Of a stretch of 64,000 nt of DNA, positions 19,216-29,840 are shown piece by piece; the stretch's first letter is position 1, and each line of letters starts with the position of its first letter. The notes beneath the pieces are model-generated. The model worked only from the letters and a program-made list of their open reading frames with translations. It searched no databases and was not told the origin of the DNA. The stretch covers positions 975,433-1,039,432 of the forward strand of contig CAWJQI010000005.1 in NCBI GenBank assembly GCA_963845085.1. The letters are read 5' to 3'. Position numbers and translations under genes: made by a program. Source of the DNA: Candidatus Fermentibacterota bacterium. GTDB lineage: Bacteria; Fermentibacterota; Fermentibacteria; Fermentibacterales; JCC-6.

Positions 19216-20304
19216 TCAGTCCTGGAAGCGCCCGGGAGTGGAGAGCAACAGGTTGAAAACGCCCTCGGTGCTCAGAATGGCCGTATCCGAGGAATCAAGT
19301 ACCGCTTCGACCGCCTCGAGGGACCTGACGAACCTGTAGAAATCAGGGTTTGCCTGATAGGCCTGGGCGTAAATGGCTGCAGCCGTGCTGTCCGCCCTTC
19401 CCTGGATGGAAAGGGCAAGCCTCTGGGCCTGGCTTGAGATGCTGTCAACCTTCAGGTCGGTCTCGGCGAGGATGATCCTGGCCATCCTGTGCCCCTCGGC
19501 CCGGTAACGGGTCGATATGCGGTTCCTCTCGGCCTGCATGCGTGAGAAAACGGCCGCTTCATTCTCGGGGGGAAGGTCGGCCCTTTTTATCCTGATGTCG
19601 ATGATGTGTATGCCGTACTGGGTTGCAAGCCTTCGGCTGTTCTCGATGACGCGGTTCAGAATAACCTCGCGCCCCTCACCCTCGGGAAGCCTCAGCATGG
19701 GAATGACCTCGACCACTTCGCCGCCGGCCATGACTATGTCACGGGTGGAGTCGGAGAGGGTCATGCTGTTCACGAGCTGGACGTAGGAACCCAGCCCCAC
19801 AGGGTCGTTCGTGCTTCGCACGATGTTTATGAGATCGCTTTTGCCAAGCTCCTGCCTGAGTTCCGAATAGATGACGTCGTCGAGGCGGGACAGCGCCTCC
19901 CTCTCCGTCCTGACGCTTCTGACGAAAAGAAGGGGGTTCTGTATGCGCCACCTTGCGTAGCAGTCGACCTGGATGTGCTTCTTGTCGCGCGTCACCACAT
20001 CGGCAGGGTCGTCGTCGTACTCCAGCACACGGTCGTCGAGGATGGTTACCTGCTGGAGGAACGGGATCTTCGCATAAAGCCCTGCGCCCTCCGAGAGAGA
20101 AACCCCGGGCGCGTTCTCCTCCATCCAGGTCCTGAGAACCGCCATTTCCTCATCGGTGCGGTTGCCCACGATAACACGGACCGGTTTTCCCAGTTGCAGC
20201 ACAACGGCCTGTTCGCATTCAGTCACAGTGAAAAGGGTACCTGTGAGAACCAATGCAACGGCGACAATGAGGATCGCCCCGATGCACCCGCCGAGTTTTT
20301 TCAT
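19216..20304 (-). CDS. hflC: FtsH protease modulator HflC
   Basis: SPFH domain, DIRIKRADLP, RMQAER, AYQANPDFYRFVRSLEA. Confidence 0.92.
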   Translation of the reverse strand: MKKLGGCIGAILIVAVALVLTGTLFTVTECEQAVVLQLGKPVRVIVGNRTDEEMAVLRTWMEENAPGVSLSEGAGLYAKIPFLQQVTILDDRVLEYDDDPADVVTRDKKHIQVDCYARWRIQNPLLFVRSVRTEREALSRLDDVIYSELRQELGKSDLINIVRSTNDPVGLGSYVQLVNSMTLSDSTRDIVMAGGEVVEVIPMLRLPEGEGREVILNRVIENSRRLATQYGIHIIDIRIKRADLPPENEAAVFSRMQAERNRISTRYRAEGHRMARIILAETDLKVDSISSQAQRLALSIQGRADSTAAAIYAQAYQANPDFYRFVRSLEAVEAVLDSSDTAILSTEGVFNLLLSTPGRFQD

Positions 20305-21269
20305 CTTGCGCCTCCCGTGCCGAGCCCGTAATGGGTAAGGGCGCCGGCGTCGCCGTCGACTATTGTCAGGTCGATCTCTGCAAGCACTGTCTCGAGGGTT
20401 TCAAGGTGCAGGCGAACCGCGGTGGTCTGGGGGTTCTTCCTGTACTCTTCGGCCACGGCCGTGAAGCTGTAGGCGTCGCCCAAGGCCCTGTTGATCCTCA
20501 CGGTGGCGTAACCAAGGGCCTCGTTCACCATGGTGACAGAGTCCGCCCTCGCTTCGGGAAGCACCTGGTTGCGGTACGACTCAGCCTCGTTCAGGTAGGC
20601 CTGCATGTCCTCCCTGGCGGTTGCGACATCCTTGAAGGCGAAAAAGACCTGATCGGGGGGCTGCACATCCTTGAGCTGGACCGCCACGATGTTCACGCCC
20701 ATCCCGTAGAGGTCGGTCAGCTGCTGCACCTCACTCTGGATGCGGAGCTGGAGGTCGAGTTTGCCGGTGGTCAGCACGGCGTCTATCGCGTTGTCGCCGA
20801 TGACCTGTCTTATGCTGGCCTCGGCTATGTCACGGAGGGTGCCCTCGGTGTCCCTCACATTGAAGAGGTAAGCCCTCGCGTCGCTGATCCTGTACTGAAC
20901 TATTGCCGACACGTTGATGATGTTCTCGTCACCCGTAAGCATCTGGGCTTCTGTCAGCATCTCGGGATCGTCAGCGAACCCGCGGTAGCGCTGCGGATCG
21001 GAATTGGGAACCGTGCGGTACCCTATTTCGATGCGCTGGACAACATTCACGGGTGGTTTCTGCACGGTCTGGATCGGCCAGGGAAACTTGAAGTGAAAGC
21101 CCGGCCCCACTGTGGCTGTGTACCGGCCAAAGGTCAGGATGACGCCCTCCTGCTCGGGGCCGACGATGTAGAAAGGCCCGGCGGTCAGCAGCCATACGAT
21201 CGCCAATATCCCCAGGACCAGCTTCCCGACGGATTTCGGCAGCATTGCATCGAACGGGATTCCCCTCAA
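20301..21269 (-). CDS. hflK: FtsH protease modulator HflK
   Basis: MLTGDENII, DVQPP..V..AF.DV..ARED; adjacent to hflC. Confidence 0.92.
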   Translation of the reverse strand: MRGIPFDAMLPKSVGKLVLGILAIVWLLTAGPFYIVGPEQEGVILTFGRYTATVGPGFHFKFPWPIQTVQKPPVNVVQRIEIGYRTVPNSDPQRYRGFADDPEMLTEAQMLTGDENIINVSAIVQYRISDARAYLFNVRDTEGTLRDIAEASIRQVIGDNAIDAVLTTGKLDLQLRIQSEVQQLTDLYGMGVNIVAVQLKDVQPPDQVFFAFKDVATAREDMQAYLNEAESYRNQVLPEARADSVTMVNEALGYATVRINRALGDAYSFTAVAEEYRKNPQTTAVRLHLETLETVLAEIDLTIVDGDAGALTHYGLGTGGAR

Positions 21270-21282
21270 TTGATGCCCCCTC

Positions 21283-22650
21283 TCAATCTGTTTCGTCCCC
21301 GGAGGTTCCCAGCCTTCGTTGAAGGGTCCGTCTGCCCATTCCGAGCAGGGTGGCGGCCTGGGTGCGGTTTCCGCCGGTGAGCGCGAGTGTTCTTTCCACG
21401 ATCATGTCTTCGGCTTCCTGAAGGGTTACCGGAAGTTCGAGAACGAGCCGGTCCGACCCTTCCCCCGAAGCCGGGGTTATCTCGGGGGGTAGATCTGCGA
21501 GGGTGATCCTCTCCCTGCACATTATGAGCAGGCTTTCCATGAGATTCTTCAGCTGCCTGACGTTGCCCGGCCAGGAGTAGGCCTTCAGCGATTCCATGAC
21601 CTCGGGCGTGATCTCCGGCATGGGCAGTTCGTGTCTGTCGGATGCCTGGCGAAGCAGTGTGAGCGCGAGCAAGGGGATGTCGGGTCTTCTCTTTCTGAGG
21701 GGGGGCAGGTGGATCTCAACCACCTTGAGACGGTAGTACAGGTCCTCCCTGAACGTGCCGGCCTTCACCATGGCAACGAGGTCACGGTTTGTGGCGGCGA
21801 TGAGCCTCACATCGACCGGAACCTGGCGGTTCCCGCCGAGCCTCGTGATGCGGTCCTCTTCGAGAACACGAAGTAGCTTCACCTGTACCGGCAGCGGGAT
21901 CTCACCTATCTCGTCCAGCATCAGGGTTCCGCCGTCCGCGGCTTCGAACTTGCCGGCCCTCGGGCTGTCGGCGCCGGTGAACGCACCCCGGTCGTGCCCG
22001 AAAAGCTCGTCTTCGAGAAGGGTTTCAGGAATGGCGGAGCAGTTCATAACCAGGTAGTCGCCCTTCCGTCCGCTCAGGCTGTGGATCCTTCTCGCAAGCA
22101 GGTCCTTGCCCGTACCGCTCTCGCCTGTCACGAGGACCGTTGCCTTTATGGGCGCCACACGCTTCACCATCTGGAGGATGTCGCCCATGGCCCTGCTTCT
22201 GTAAAGGATCTCAGCGGATTCATCGGATTTCGAAGCTTTCCCGGAGGCGGTGCGCGTCAACAGGCTTCGGGAAGACCGCGAAAAGGCGAGTTGAACGGCC
22301 TGCCTCCAGGCATCGCGCGATTCCGGATCGAGGAGGATGTCGACGACCCCGGCCTTCATCCAGGAAACGGCTTCCTGCGCGCTGATCATCCGGCCGTATA
22401 TGATCACGCTCGCATCGGTGTTGACCCTTGAGAGTGTCTCAAGGAATGCCGACATGAGAAGGTCGTCGGCGCTGCTGCTCACCGCCAGAACGTTTACCGA
22501 TCGCGAGCGCACCCTTCTCAGCGCGCTTCTGGCGGTTCTCTCTTCGGTGGTGGTGCAGCCCAGTTCGGAAACCAGCGCCCTGAGCCGGGCCGCCCTGTCC
22601 TTGTCAGGGTCAACGAAGAGGATGGTTCCCCGGCCGAGGCTGGTCGTCAA
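21283..22650 (-). CDS. Sigma-54-dependent enhancer-binding protein with an atypical receiver domain
   Basis: GESGTGK, GAFTGA, FREDLYYRL, WPGNVR, Fis-type HTH. AAGGAG RBS; the TTG start overlaps the upstream stop. Confidence 0.9.
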   Translation of the reverse strand: MTTSLGRGTILFVDPDKDRAARLRALVSELGCTTTEERTARSALRRVRSRSVNVLAVSSSADDLLMSAFLETLSRVNTDASVIIYGRMISAQEAVSWMKAGVVDILLDPESRDAWRQAVQLAFSRSSRSLLTRTASGKASKSDESAEILYRSRAMGDILQMVKRVAPIKATVLVTGESGTGKDLLARRIHSLSGRKGDYLVMNCSAIPETLLEDELFGHDRGAFTGADSPRAGKFEAADGGTLMLDEIGEIPLPVQVKLLRVLEEDRITRLGGNRQVPVDVRLIAATNRDLVAMVKAGTFREDLYYRLKVVEIHLPPLRKRRPDIPLLALTLLRQASDRHELPMPEITPEVMESLKAYSWPGNVRQLKNLMESLLIMCRERITLADLPPEITPASGEGSDRLVLELPVTLQEAEDMIVERTLALTGGNRTQAATLLGMGRRTLQRRLGTSGDETD

Positions 22651-24362
22651 ACCCGGCTCCTTTCCCTTGCCCTTTCCTTCATCACCAGGAAGGGGGGCAT
22701 CACGAGGGCGTCGATGCCGGTTCCGTAGAAACACCTGATGGCGTCGACCGGGGTGTTCACAATCGGCTCGCCCCGGACGTTGAAAGACGTGTTCATGAGA
22801 ACGGGAACCCCCGTGAGTTTTTCGAACTCCCTCAGGACATCGTAGTAGAAGGGGTTGACCTCCCGTGAAACCGTCTGCACCCTGCCGGTGAGGTCAACGT
22901 GCGTTACTGCGGGGATGATCTTCTCCATCCCGGGAACAACCGGGTAAGTCTTGATCATGTAGGGGCTTTCCACGCAGCCCTCGAAGTATTCATGGGCATT
23001 CTCGACGGTGCAGACCGGTGCAAAGGGCCTGAATCCCTCGCGCAGTTTGATGATCTCGTTGACGATGTCCTTCATCTCGGGACGGCGCGGGTCGGCGAGG
23101 ATTGATCTGTTGCCGAGGGCCCTCGGACCGAACTCCGTCCTGCCCTGGAACAGCCCGACCACATACCCCTTCTCGACAAGTGCTGCGGTGAGGGCTTCAA
23201 GGCCGTCGGGCGACGAGTACTCAACCCTCGATCCCCTGAGCGCGGACTCTATCTCGCCGGTCGTGAATGCGGAACCGAGGAACATGTGCGCGGGGGGCGA
23301 CAGGGGGATGCCCGGGCATTTCGCGACATGAACCGCAACGGCTGCACCCACGCTGGTGCCCGCGTCGTGAGATGCGGGAAAGGGGTGCACCTCGGAGAAG
23401 CCAGCCTCCCTCTCGATGACCCCGTTCATCACGCAGTTGAGAGCGGTTCCCCCGGCCATCGCGAGGATGGCGGCACCTGAGCGCTTCCTCAGATGGCGGG
23501 CCATTGCGAGGCCTGCTTCCTCCAGAACCTTCTGGCCCGAAGAGGCGATGTTCTCATGGCGTGCGTCGAGAGGTTCGCCGGACTTCCTGGGGGGGCCGAT
23601 GATGGAAAGGACCTCCCTCGAAAAAGCGGAATGGTGAACGCCCCTGTTGATGTCGAGAAGACCGGTGTCGATGCGTACGGAGTCGTCCCGTGATTTCAGG
23701 ATCCGCCTGAAGAGATCGGCGAAGACCGGCCTTCCGTAGCTGGCAAGACCCATGACCTTGTACTCATCGCTGTCCGGCGTGAAACCGAGAAAGGTCGTGA
23801 GAGCGCTGTAGAAGAGTCCTGTGGAATGAGGAAGCCTTGTCGTGGCGAATCTTCGCAGCCTGCCGGAAACGATTTCGCCAAGCATCCCGGAATGCATTTC
23901 TCCCGCGCCGTCGAGCGTGAGGACCGCCGCATCACGGCAGCCCGCACCGAACCATGCCGACCAGGCATGCGCGTCATGATGCTCTATGAAATGGAATGAA
24001 GGGTCGAAGCCGGGTCCGAAGGTTTCCCGGCAGAGGTTCGGGATGCCGGCCATGCGCCTCGCCCCGCCGACCTGTCCGGCGAGGAAATTGAGGGCGCCGG
24101 GCTTGAAACAATACCGGGGCAGCATTCTGAACGACTCCCTCATGACAAGGGAGGGTTTCATGTAGAATGCAACGTCTCCGATGTCCCTCGGGGACAGCCC
24201 CGCTTCGGCCAGCAGGTATGCAATTGTTTTCCGGGGAAACGAGGAGTCGTGCTTTCTTCTTGTAAACCTTTCCTCCTCCGCGGCCCCGACGAGTTCGCCA
24301 TCGACAAGAAGGCTTGCGGCAGAGTCATGCTTGTAGCAGTTGATCCCGAGAATGGCTTTCAT
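22647..24362 (-). CDS. Carbamoyltransferase, NodU/CmcH family
   Basis: HDSAA, EEERFTR.KH, HHDAHA, EYKVMGLA, EFGPRALGNRS, NTSFN. Confidence 0.93.
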   Translation of the reverse strand: MKAILGINCYKHDSAASLLVDGELVGAAEEERFTRRKHDSSFPRKTIAYLLAEAGLSPRDIGDVAFYMKPSLVMRESFRMLPRYCFKPGALNFLAGQVGGARRMAGIPNLCRETFGPGFDPSFHFIEHHDAHAWSAWFGAGCRDAAVLTLDGAGEMHSGMLGEIVSGRLRRFATTRLPHSTGLFYSALTTFLGFTPDSDEYKVMGLASYGRPVFADLFRRILKSRDDSVRIDTGLLDINRGVHHSAFSREVLSIIGPPRKSGEPLDARHENIASSGQKVLEEAGLAMARHLRKRSGAAILAMAGGTALNCVMNGVIEREAGFSEVHPFPASHDAGTSVGAAVAVHVAKCPGIPLSPPAHMFLGSAFTTGEIESALRGSRVEYSSPDGLEALTAALVEKGYVVGLFQGRTEFGPRALGNRSILADPRRPEMKDIVNEIIKLREGFRPFAPVCTVENAHEYFEGCVESPYMIKTYPVVPGMEKIIPAVTHVDLTGRVQTVSREVNPFYYDVLREFEKLTGVPVLMNTSFNVRGEPIVNTPVDAIRCFYGTGIDALVMPPFLVMKERARERSRV

Positions 24363-25285
24363 CCCTTTTTCCGTTCCGTATTGCCGAAGAGCAGCCCCAG
24401 GGCTTTTCCGCAGTAAGCCACCCTGTACCTTGCGTCCCTTCTCGAAAGGGATGGAAGGATCATTCCGGCTGCCATGCGCGCCAGCATGAAGCAACCCATC
24501 CACAGCCGGAAGGCCGTTACGGATAGCGTGCCTGCATGCTTCGACAGAAACCTCAGCTTCGCAGGAATATACCGCAGGTAAACATCCTCACCAAACTTGC
24601 GCTTCGCTGAAGCCCCCTCCAGATGTACGACCCTTGAGGATGGAATGAACCATGTCTCCCAGCCGGCCTTGAGGAGCCTGAACTGAATGTCGGTTTCCTC
24701 GTGGTAGAAGAAGTAGTCCTCATCGAAGCCCCCGATCTGCCTGAAGGCTTCCGTCCTCACTGCCATAACCGCGCCCACCAGCCAGTCGCACCTCATTTCC
24801 GTTGCATGCGGATTGTGCCTCAGCGATCTCCCGCGAAGTACGGGAATGTGCTCGGCCACGATCCGGCCGGGAAACGGAAAGTCCCTCATGGAGTGCTGGA
24901 GGCTGCCGTCGGGCCAGAGCAGCATCGGGCCGGCCAGCCCGGCGCGGGGATGGCGGGCAAGCCCGGCAATCAGTGCGTCGAGGCTTCCCGGGAGAAAACA
25001 GGTGTCGGAATTGGCAATCACAACAACTTCCGAGTCGATGCCCCTCATGGCTTCGTTCACTCCGGCGGCAAAACCCAGGTTGACCGGGCTTCTCACCAGG
25101 CTGAACCAGGGCAGGTGCCCCATCCGACTGATGGCGTCCCTGTCGGAACCGTCATCGGAACCGTTGTCGAAAACCACGAGCGAAGCGCAGGTTTCCGGGA
25201 TCTGCCCCTCAATCGAGGCAAGCATTCCGGGAAGGATGTCCCTCCCGTTCCAGTTCAGGACCAGAACGGTGCATCCCGTCATCAT
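24359..25285 (-). CDS. Glycosyltransferase family 2
   Basis: VLNWN, DNGSDDGS, NLGFA, NSD, GGFDEDYFFYHEETD. Confidence 0.9.
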   Translation of the reverse strand: MMTGCTVLVLNWNGRDILPGMLASIEGQIPETCASLVVFDNGSDDGSDRDAISRMGHLPWFSLVRSPVNLGFAAGVNEAMRGIDSEVVVIANSDTCFLPGSLDALIAGLARHPRAGLAGPMLLWPDGSLQHSMRDFPFPGRIVAEHIPVLRGRSLRHNPHATEMRCDWLVGAVMAVRTEAFRQIGGFDEDYFFYHEETDIQFRLLKAGWETWFIPSSRVVHLEGASAKRKFGEDVYLRYIPAKLRFLSKHAGTLSVTAFRLWMGCFMLARMAAGMILPSLSRRDARYRVAYCGKALGLLFGNTERKKG

Positions 25286-26394
25286 TGACCCCGGAGAAGC
25301 ACGTCGAGGCTGTCCCTCACCGCGGCGAATTCATCCATGTCATCCCCGGAAAGGCTTCTTCGTCTCGAACCAAGAAAGACGTAAGGGTCTATGGGATTAT
25401 CGTTGAGGTCGTTGATCTGGTAATGCAGGTGGCTGGCGTACGACCTCCCGGTGTTTCCGACCGTTCCGATCTGGGCGCCAGGCTCCACGGTCCGGCCGGG
25501 GGATATGCCCTCCGAAATCCCGTCGAGGTGAAGAAAGATCTCGCTGTAGCCGCCGAAGTCAATCTCGACACACCTTCCGTTGTAGTCGGAGTTCCAGTCC
25601 ACCCTGTTCACCCTGCCGCCGAGAACGGACCTCACGGGCACCCCGGTCGGGGCCTTGAAGTCGACGCCGTGATGTACTCCCGAGCCCCTCCTTTCGCCGA
25701 ATACGCCCGTAACCTCCTCGAATGTCGAAACCGGCATCCTGTTCAACAGCCGAACCACCTCGGTTCCGTCGGCGTACCAGATGCTCGGGTAGTTGTCGCC
25801 GGTTTTTCGGAATGCGTAAACGCTGAAGCCGCTGTTTCCGGAACCGGCCACAGGTGAGTAGCGCAGCGCCGCAACCGTATTCTCCCTTGCGCCCTGTGCG
25901 GTGCCGTAGAGGATTCGCAATGAATCGCCCGCCAGAAGACCCGTCCAGGGGTTGATGTCCCACCAGAGGTACCTGACGCAGAATGCTCCGAGAACGTCGG
26001 GTTCGATCCCCGGCGCTTCCTGCAGGCTGCCGTACAGTGAACCCCTCACCTCGACGGCCAGCAGGTCTGTGTTGGCCGGCATTACAGCCTCCACTTCGGA
26101 AAGCGAATCAGAAACCGCAAGGGCGGAGTCTTCGGAAGCCGCAAGCGAGTCTGCCAAAGAGTCCGCCGGCAATGAGTCGGACGAAAGCGAATCGGAAAAC
26201 GCTGTGAGAACGGAATCGGAAATCTCGTGAAACATGGGCTCGTGAACCGGCGGGTCGTCGGGGATTCCAACGTAATCACCGGGCCTCAGCACCAGAACAT
26301 CATCACCTTCAGGGGGAGAGGCGCAACCGAGAAGAAGGGCGGTTGTCAACAATCCAAACACCGGAAGCCGGAAAGAGGGCGGCAGCGATGTCAT
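25282..26394 (-). CDS. M23 peptidase lipoprotein
   Basis: Lipobox LLGC; HHGVD and HLHY zinc motifs. Confidence 0.85.
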   Translation of the reverse strand: MTSLPPSFRLPVFGLLTTALLLGCASPPEGDDVLVLRPGDYVGIPDDPPVHEPMFHEISDSVLTAFSDSLSSDSLPADSLADSLAASEDSALAVSDSLSEVEAVMPANTDLLAVEVRGSLYGSLQEAPGIEPDVLGAFCVRYLWWDINPWTGLLAGDSLRILYGTAQGARENTVAALRYSPVAGSGNSGFSVYAFRKTGDNYPSIWYADGTEVVRLLNRMPVSTFEEVTGVFGERRGSGVHHGVDFKAPTGVPVRSVLGGRVNRVDWNSDYNGRCVEIDFGGYSEIFLHLDGISEGISPGRTVEPGAQIGTVGNTGRSYASHLHYQINDLNDNPIDPYVFLGSRRRSLSGDDMDEFAAVRDSLDVLLRGQ

Positions 26395-26433
26395 AAAATT
26401 GACTATCCCTTCGGTTGCAGGTATCGTTGGAAT

Positions 26434-27798
26434 ATGAACGAGGAAACATCCAACCGGTACAGGGTTCTTGTTGTGGACGACGAGCGCCAGATAATCGACA
26501 TCGTCACCGAGGTGCTTCATCTGGCGGGCTTCGAAAGCACGTCGGCCGTCACCGCAAGACAGGCCCTTGCCAGCCTGCGCAGGGAGCATTTCCATCTGCT
26601 GATCACCGATGTCAGGCTGCCCGACTCGAACGGCATAGATCTCCTTAGAATCGTTCGCGACAAGTACCCAACCCTTCCGGCCATTGTCATCACGGGTTAC
26701 GCATCAATTGACGGGACGAAGGAGGCGCTGCAGCTCGGCGCGATCGACTACATCCCGAAACCGTTCACAGCCGCTCAGCTGATGGCTGCGGTCGAACGGG
26801 CGATCTCCACCCGGGGCGCCGCGGCAGGCTTCTCCCCGGACAGGGGCATGGTCTTCCAGAGCAGGGCGATGGAGCGTGTGCTGAACCTGGTGCGCCAGGT
26901 GGCGGACAGCGGCAGCACGGTTCTCGTCACCGGCGAAAGCGGAACGGGAAAGGAACTCGTCGCAAGGCTTCTGCACAGGCAGAGCAGGCGTGCAGGAATG
27001 CCCTTCGTCAGCGTGAACTCGGGAGGCATACCCGAGGGGCTCCTCGAAAGCGAGTTGTTCGGCCATATGAAGGGTTCATATACGGGCGCCCATTCCACAA
27101 CCATCGGAAGGTTCCAGGCAGCAGAGGGCGGGACGCTCTTCCTTGACGAGGTGGGGAACATGAGCCCGGCCATGCAGGTGAAACTCCTGCGGACACTTCA
27201 GGAGAGGGAAATAACGCCCGTGGGGGCCAACACTCCGGTCAGAATTGATGTAAGGCTTGTTGCAGCAACCAATTCAAGGCTTGAGGAGGAGGTCAGGGCG
27301 GGAAGGTTCCGCGAGGATCTCTATTTCAGGATCAATGTCATCGACATCCACATCCCGCCACTCAGGGAGAGGCGGGAAGACATAATCCCTCTTGCCGAAC
27401 ACTTTCTGGCGGTTCACTCCAGGTCACGCGGCACGGAGTACTCGCTGTCGCCGGAATGCGCCGCGCTGCTGTCCGCATACCCCTGGCCCGGCAATGTGAG
27501 GGAGTTGGAAAATGCCATGGAAAGGGCTTCCATCCTCTCTCCAGGAGAGGTGATGCCCTCGCATCTTCCCTCGCGGATGATCCCCGGCGGCATGGAGGGG
27601 CTTGTCAACCCTCATGAGGGCGCAGGGCTCGACGAAATTGTTGCTGCAGTTGAACGGGCCTATATTAGAAATGCATTGAAGGATTGCGGAGGGGTCAGAT
27701 CCAGGGCGGCCAGAGCTCTTGGGATCAAGAGAACAACGCTTCTGGCCCGAATGAGGAAGCTCGGGCTCGAGCAGGAGCCGGAAAGGGCGCTGGAATGA
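26434..27798 (+). CDS. NtrC-family sigma-54 response regulator
   Basis: Receiver VVDDE...ITDVRLP...KP, GESGTGKE, GSYTGA, HTH. Confidence 0.92.
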   Translation: MNEETSNRYRVLVVDDERQIIDIVTEVLHLAGFESTSAVTARQALASLRREHFHLLITDVRLPDSNGIDLLRIVRDKYPTLPAIVITGYASIDGTKEALQLGAIDYIPKPFTAAQLMAAVERAISTRGAAAGFSPDRGMVFQSRAMERVLNLVRQVADSGSTVLVTGESGTGKELVARLLHRQSRRAGMPFVSVNSGGIPEGLLESELFGHMKGSYTGAHSTTIGRFQAAEGGTLFLDEVGNMSPAMQVKLLRTLQEREITPVGANTPVRIDVRLVAATNSRLEEEVRAGRFREDLYFRINVIDIHIPPLRERREDIIPLAEHFLAVHSRSRGTEYSLSPECAALLSAYPWPGNVRELENAMERASILSPGEVMPSHLPSRMIPGGMEGLVNPHEGAGLDEIVAAVERAYIRNALKDCGGVRSRAARALGIKRTTLLARMRKLGLEQEPERALE

Positions 27799-29783
27799 GC
27801 CCCAGACAGGCACGCATTCTTATCATCGACGATGACCCCCAGATACTCGATGTCTGCCGTGATGGCCTTTCGGCAAACGGGTATACGGTTGTCACGGCGT
27901 CCAACGGTTCCAGGGCCCAGATGGCGCTCTCTGAATCGGCTTTCTCTCTGGTCCTCTGCGATGTGCTTCTTCCCGACACAAACGGGCTTGAGCTCCTGGA
28001 ATACATGAAGTCGCGTTATCCTGACACATTTGTCATTATAACAACGGGGCACGCCTCGATCGATCTCGCAAAGGAGACGATCAGGCAGGGCGCCTTCGAC
28101 TTCATTTCAAAACCGTTCACCATGGGCGAGCTGCTGTCCACTGTGCGAAGGGCCGAGGTCTCGCAGAGAAGCCTTTTCAGCGACATCGCCTACAAGGAGC
28201 TCAAGGCCCTTTACGAGCTCACGACCGAACCGTGGCTCTCCGATGTTTCCATGGAATCCTTCCTCGGGATCTACGCCTCGAAAATCCAGGAGAGTTTCTC
28301 CACCGACGCGGTCCGGATCTATCTCACCGAATCCCCCCGAAGCACGAAACTCAAGCTCATGGCCCAGGCGGGTGCAGGCGGAGTGGCCGATGATGTCTCG
28401 TGGTACTTCCTCGCCGGAAGGACCATGCAGGCCGGTGGCGAGATACTGATCGACCCCGGCACTGAAAGCTTCGACCTTGCTTCGGGAAGCGCTGCCTTCA
28501 TGGGCATCGTCATTCCGGCGGGTGACATACACCTCGGCGTCGTGCTGGCGGCCCGCAAGAGCAACCGCGACATGTTCAAAACGCGCGACCTCAAGATGCT
28601 GGAGCTGTTTTCCGCCCAGATGGGCAACCAGCTTCACAACCTCAGGATCACGCAGGACCTTCTAAGGAAGAACAGGGAACTCGAACAGATAAACGTCATC
28701 ACCCACGAGTTCTCAGCCGACCTCAACCCGGTGCGCGTTGCAAGGCTCTCAGCCTCGGGGATCCGCTGTTTCGCTCCCTTTGATGTTCTGGCGATCTTCG
28801 TCCCATGGAACGACAGCGCCCTTTTCGGCTACATCACGGCCGATTCAGCGCTCGACCACGACCGGGTCATGAGGGCGGTGAGAAAGAAACTTTCATCGCT
28901 CGTTCACAGGGACGACCTCGAGCAGTTCATCGCCACGGCGTTCTACGACTCATTCGCCTCGGGCGGGGCAAAAGACTTCGACAGGCTTCCCGAGTTCCAG
29001 GTGCTTTCTCTCCCCGATTACGGCGCGATACAGGGTCACCTTCTGCTCGGCACCTTCAGCGGCGAACAGCGGTTGACCGCGCAGTCGCGGTTTACGCCCA
29101 TCCTTCTCTGCAATGCCGTTGCAGCGCTGAACAACGCCCTGCTTCACCAGGACAGCAAGAGAAACTACCTGCAAACCATCGTAGCGATGGCACAGGCAGT
29201 CGACGCCAAAGACCCCTACACCCATGACCACTCGCGCAACGTAACAGCCTATACGCTGGCCATCGCCGACGGCATGGGGGTTTCCGGCAGAGACCGCGAG
29301 CTTCTCTGGAGCGCCGCGCTCCTGCACGACATCGGAAAGATCGGAATACCCGAAGCCATTCTGAACAAGCCGGGCCGGCTGTCGGAGGAGGAGTTCCAGC
29401 TCATCAAGTCTCACCCCGAGAAGGGCTGCCAGATCCTGAAACCGGTCAGCGCCTTTCAGGACGTAATGGGCATCGTCAGGTACCACCATGAAAGGTACGA
29501 CGGCAAGGGTTATCCCGAAGGGCTCAAGGCAAAATCCATACCCCTCCATGCAAGGATCCTCTCGGTTGCCGACGCCTACGACGCGATGAGCAGCGACAGG
29601 GTGTACAGGAAATCACAGGGGCAGGAGTACGCCATCGACCAGCTTGTCCAGTGTTCCGGCAAGCAGTTCGACCCCGAGATATCCGAACTCTTCGTCCGGA
29701 CACTGAAAACCCGCTCGCCGGAATCGATCCTTGAACACTACAGCAAGACAATGGGAGAGGGCATACCCGTTCTGCAGGTCTGA
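27795..29783 (+). CDS. Response regulator with GAF-like and HD-GYP phosphodiesterase domains
   Basis: Receiver IIDDD...CDVLLP; LHDIGKIG, HHERYDGKGYP. Confidence 0.92.
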   Translation: MSPRQARILIIDDDPQILDVCRDGLSANGYTVVTASNGSRAQMALSESAFSLVLCDVLLPDTNGLELLEYMKSRYPDTFVIITTGHASIDLAKETIRQGAFDFISKPFTMGELLSTVRRAEVSQRSLFSDIAYKELKALYELTTEPWLSDVSMESFLGIYASKIQESFSTDAVRIYLTESPRSTKLKLMAQAGAGGVADDVSWYFLAGRTMQAGGEILIDPGTESFDLASGSAAFMGIVIPAGDIHLGVVLAARKSNRDMFKTRDLKMLELFSAQMGNQLHNLRITQDLLRKNRELEQINVITHEFSADLNPVRVARLSASGIRCFAPFDVLAIFVPWNDSALFGYITADSALDHDRVMRAVRKKLSSLVHRDDLEQFIATAFYDSFASGGAKDFDRLPEFQVLSLPDYGAIQGHLLLGTFSGEQRLTAQSRFTPILLCNAVAALNNALLHQDSKRNYLQTIVAMAQAVDAKDPYTHDHSRNVTAYTLAIADGMGVSGRDRELLWSAALLHDIGKIGIPEAILNKPGRLSEEEFQLIKSHPEKGCQILKPVSAFQDVMGIVRYHHERYDGKGYPEGLKAKSIPLHARILSVADAYDAMSSDRVYRKSQGQEYAIDQLVQCSGKQFDPEISELFVRTLKTRSPESILEHYSKTMGEGIPVLQV

Positions 29784-29840
29784 GCAATGGCCGCAGAAAG
29801 CCTTCTTCGAATAATGTTTCGACAGGGAATGAGGAATGAC

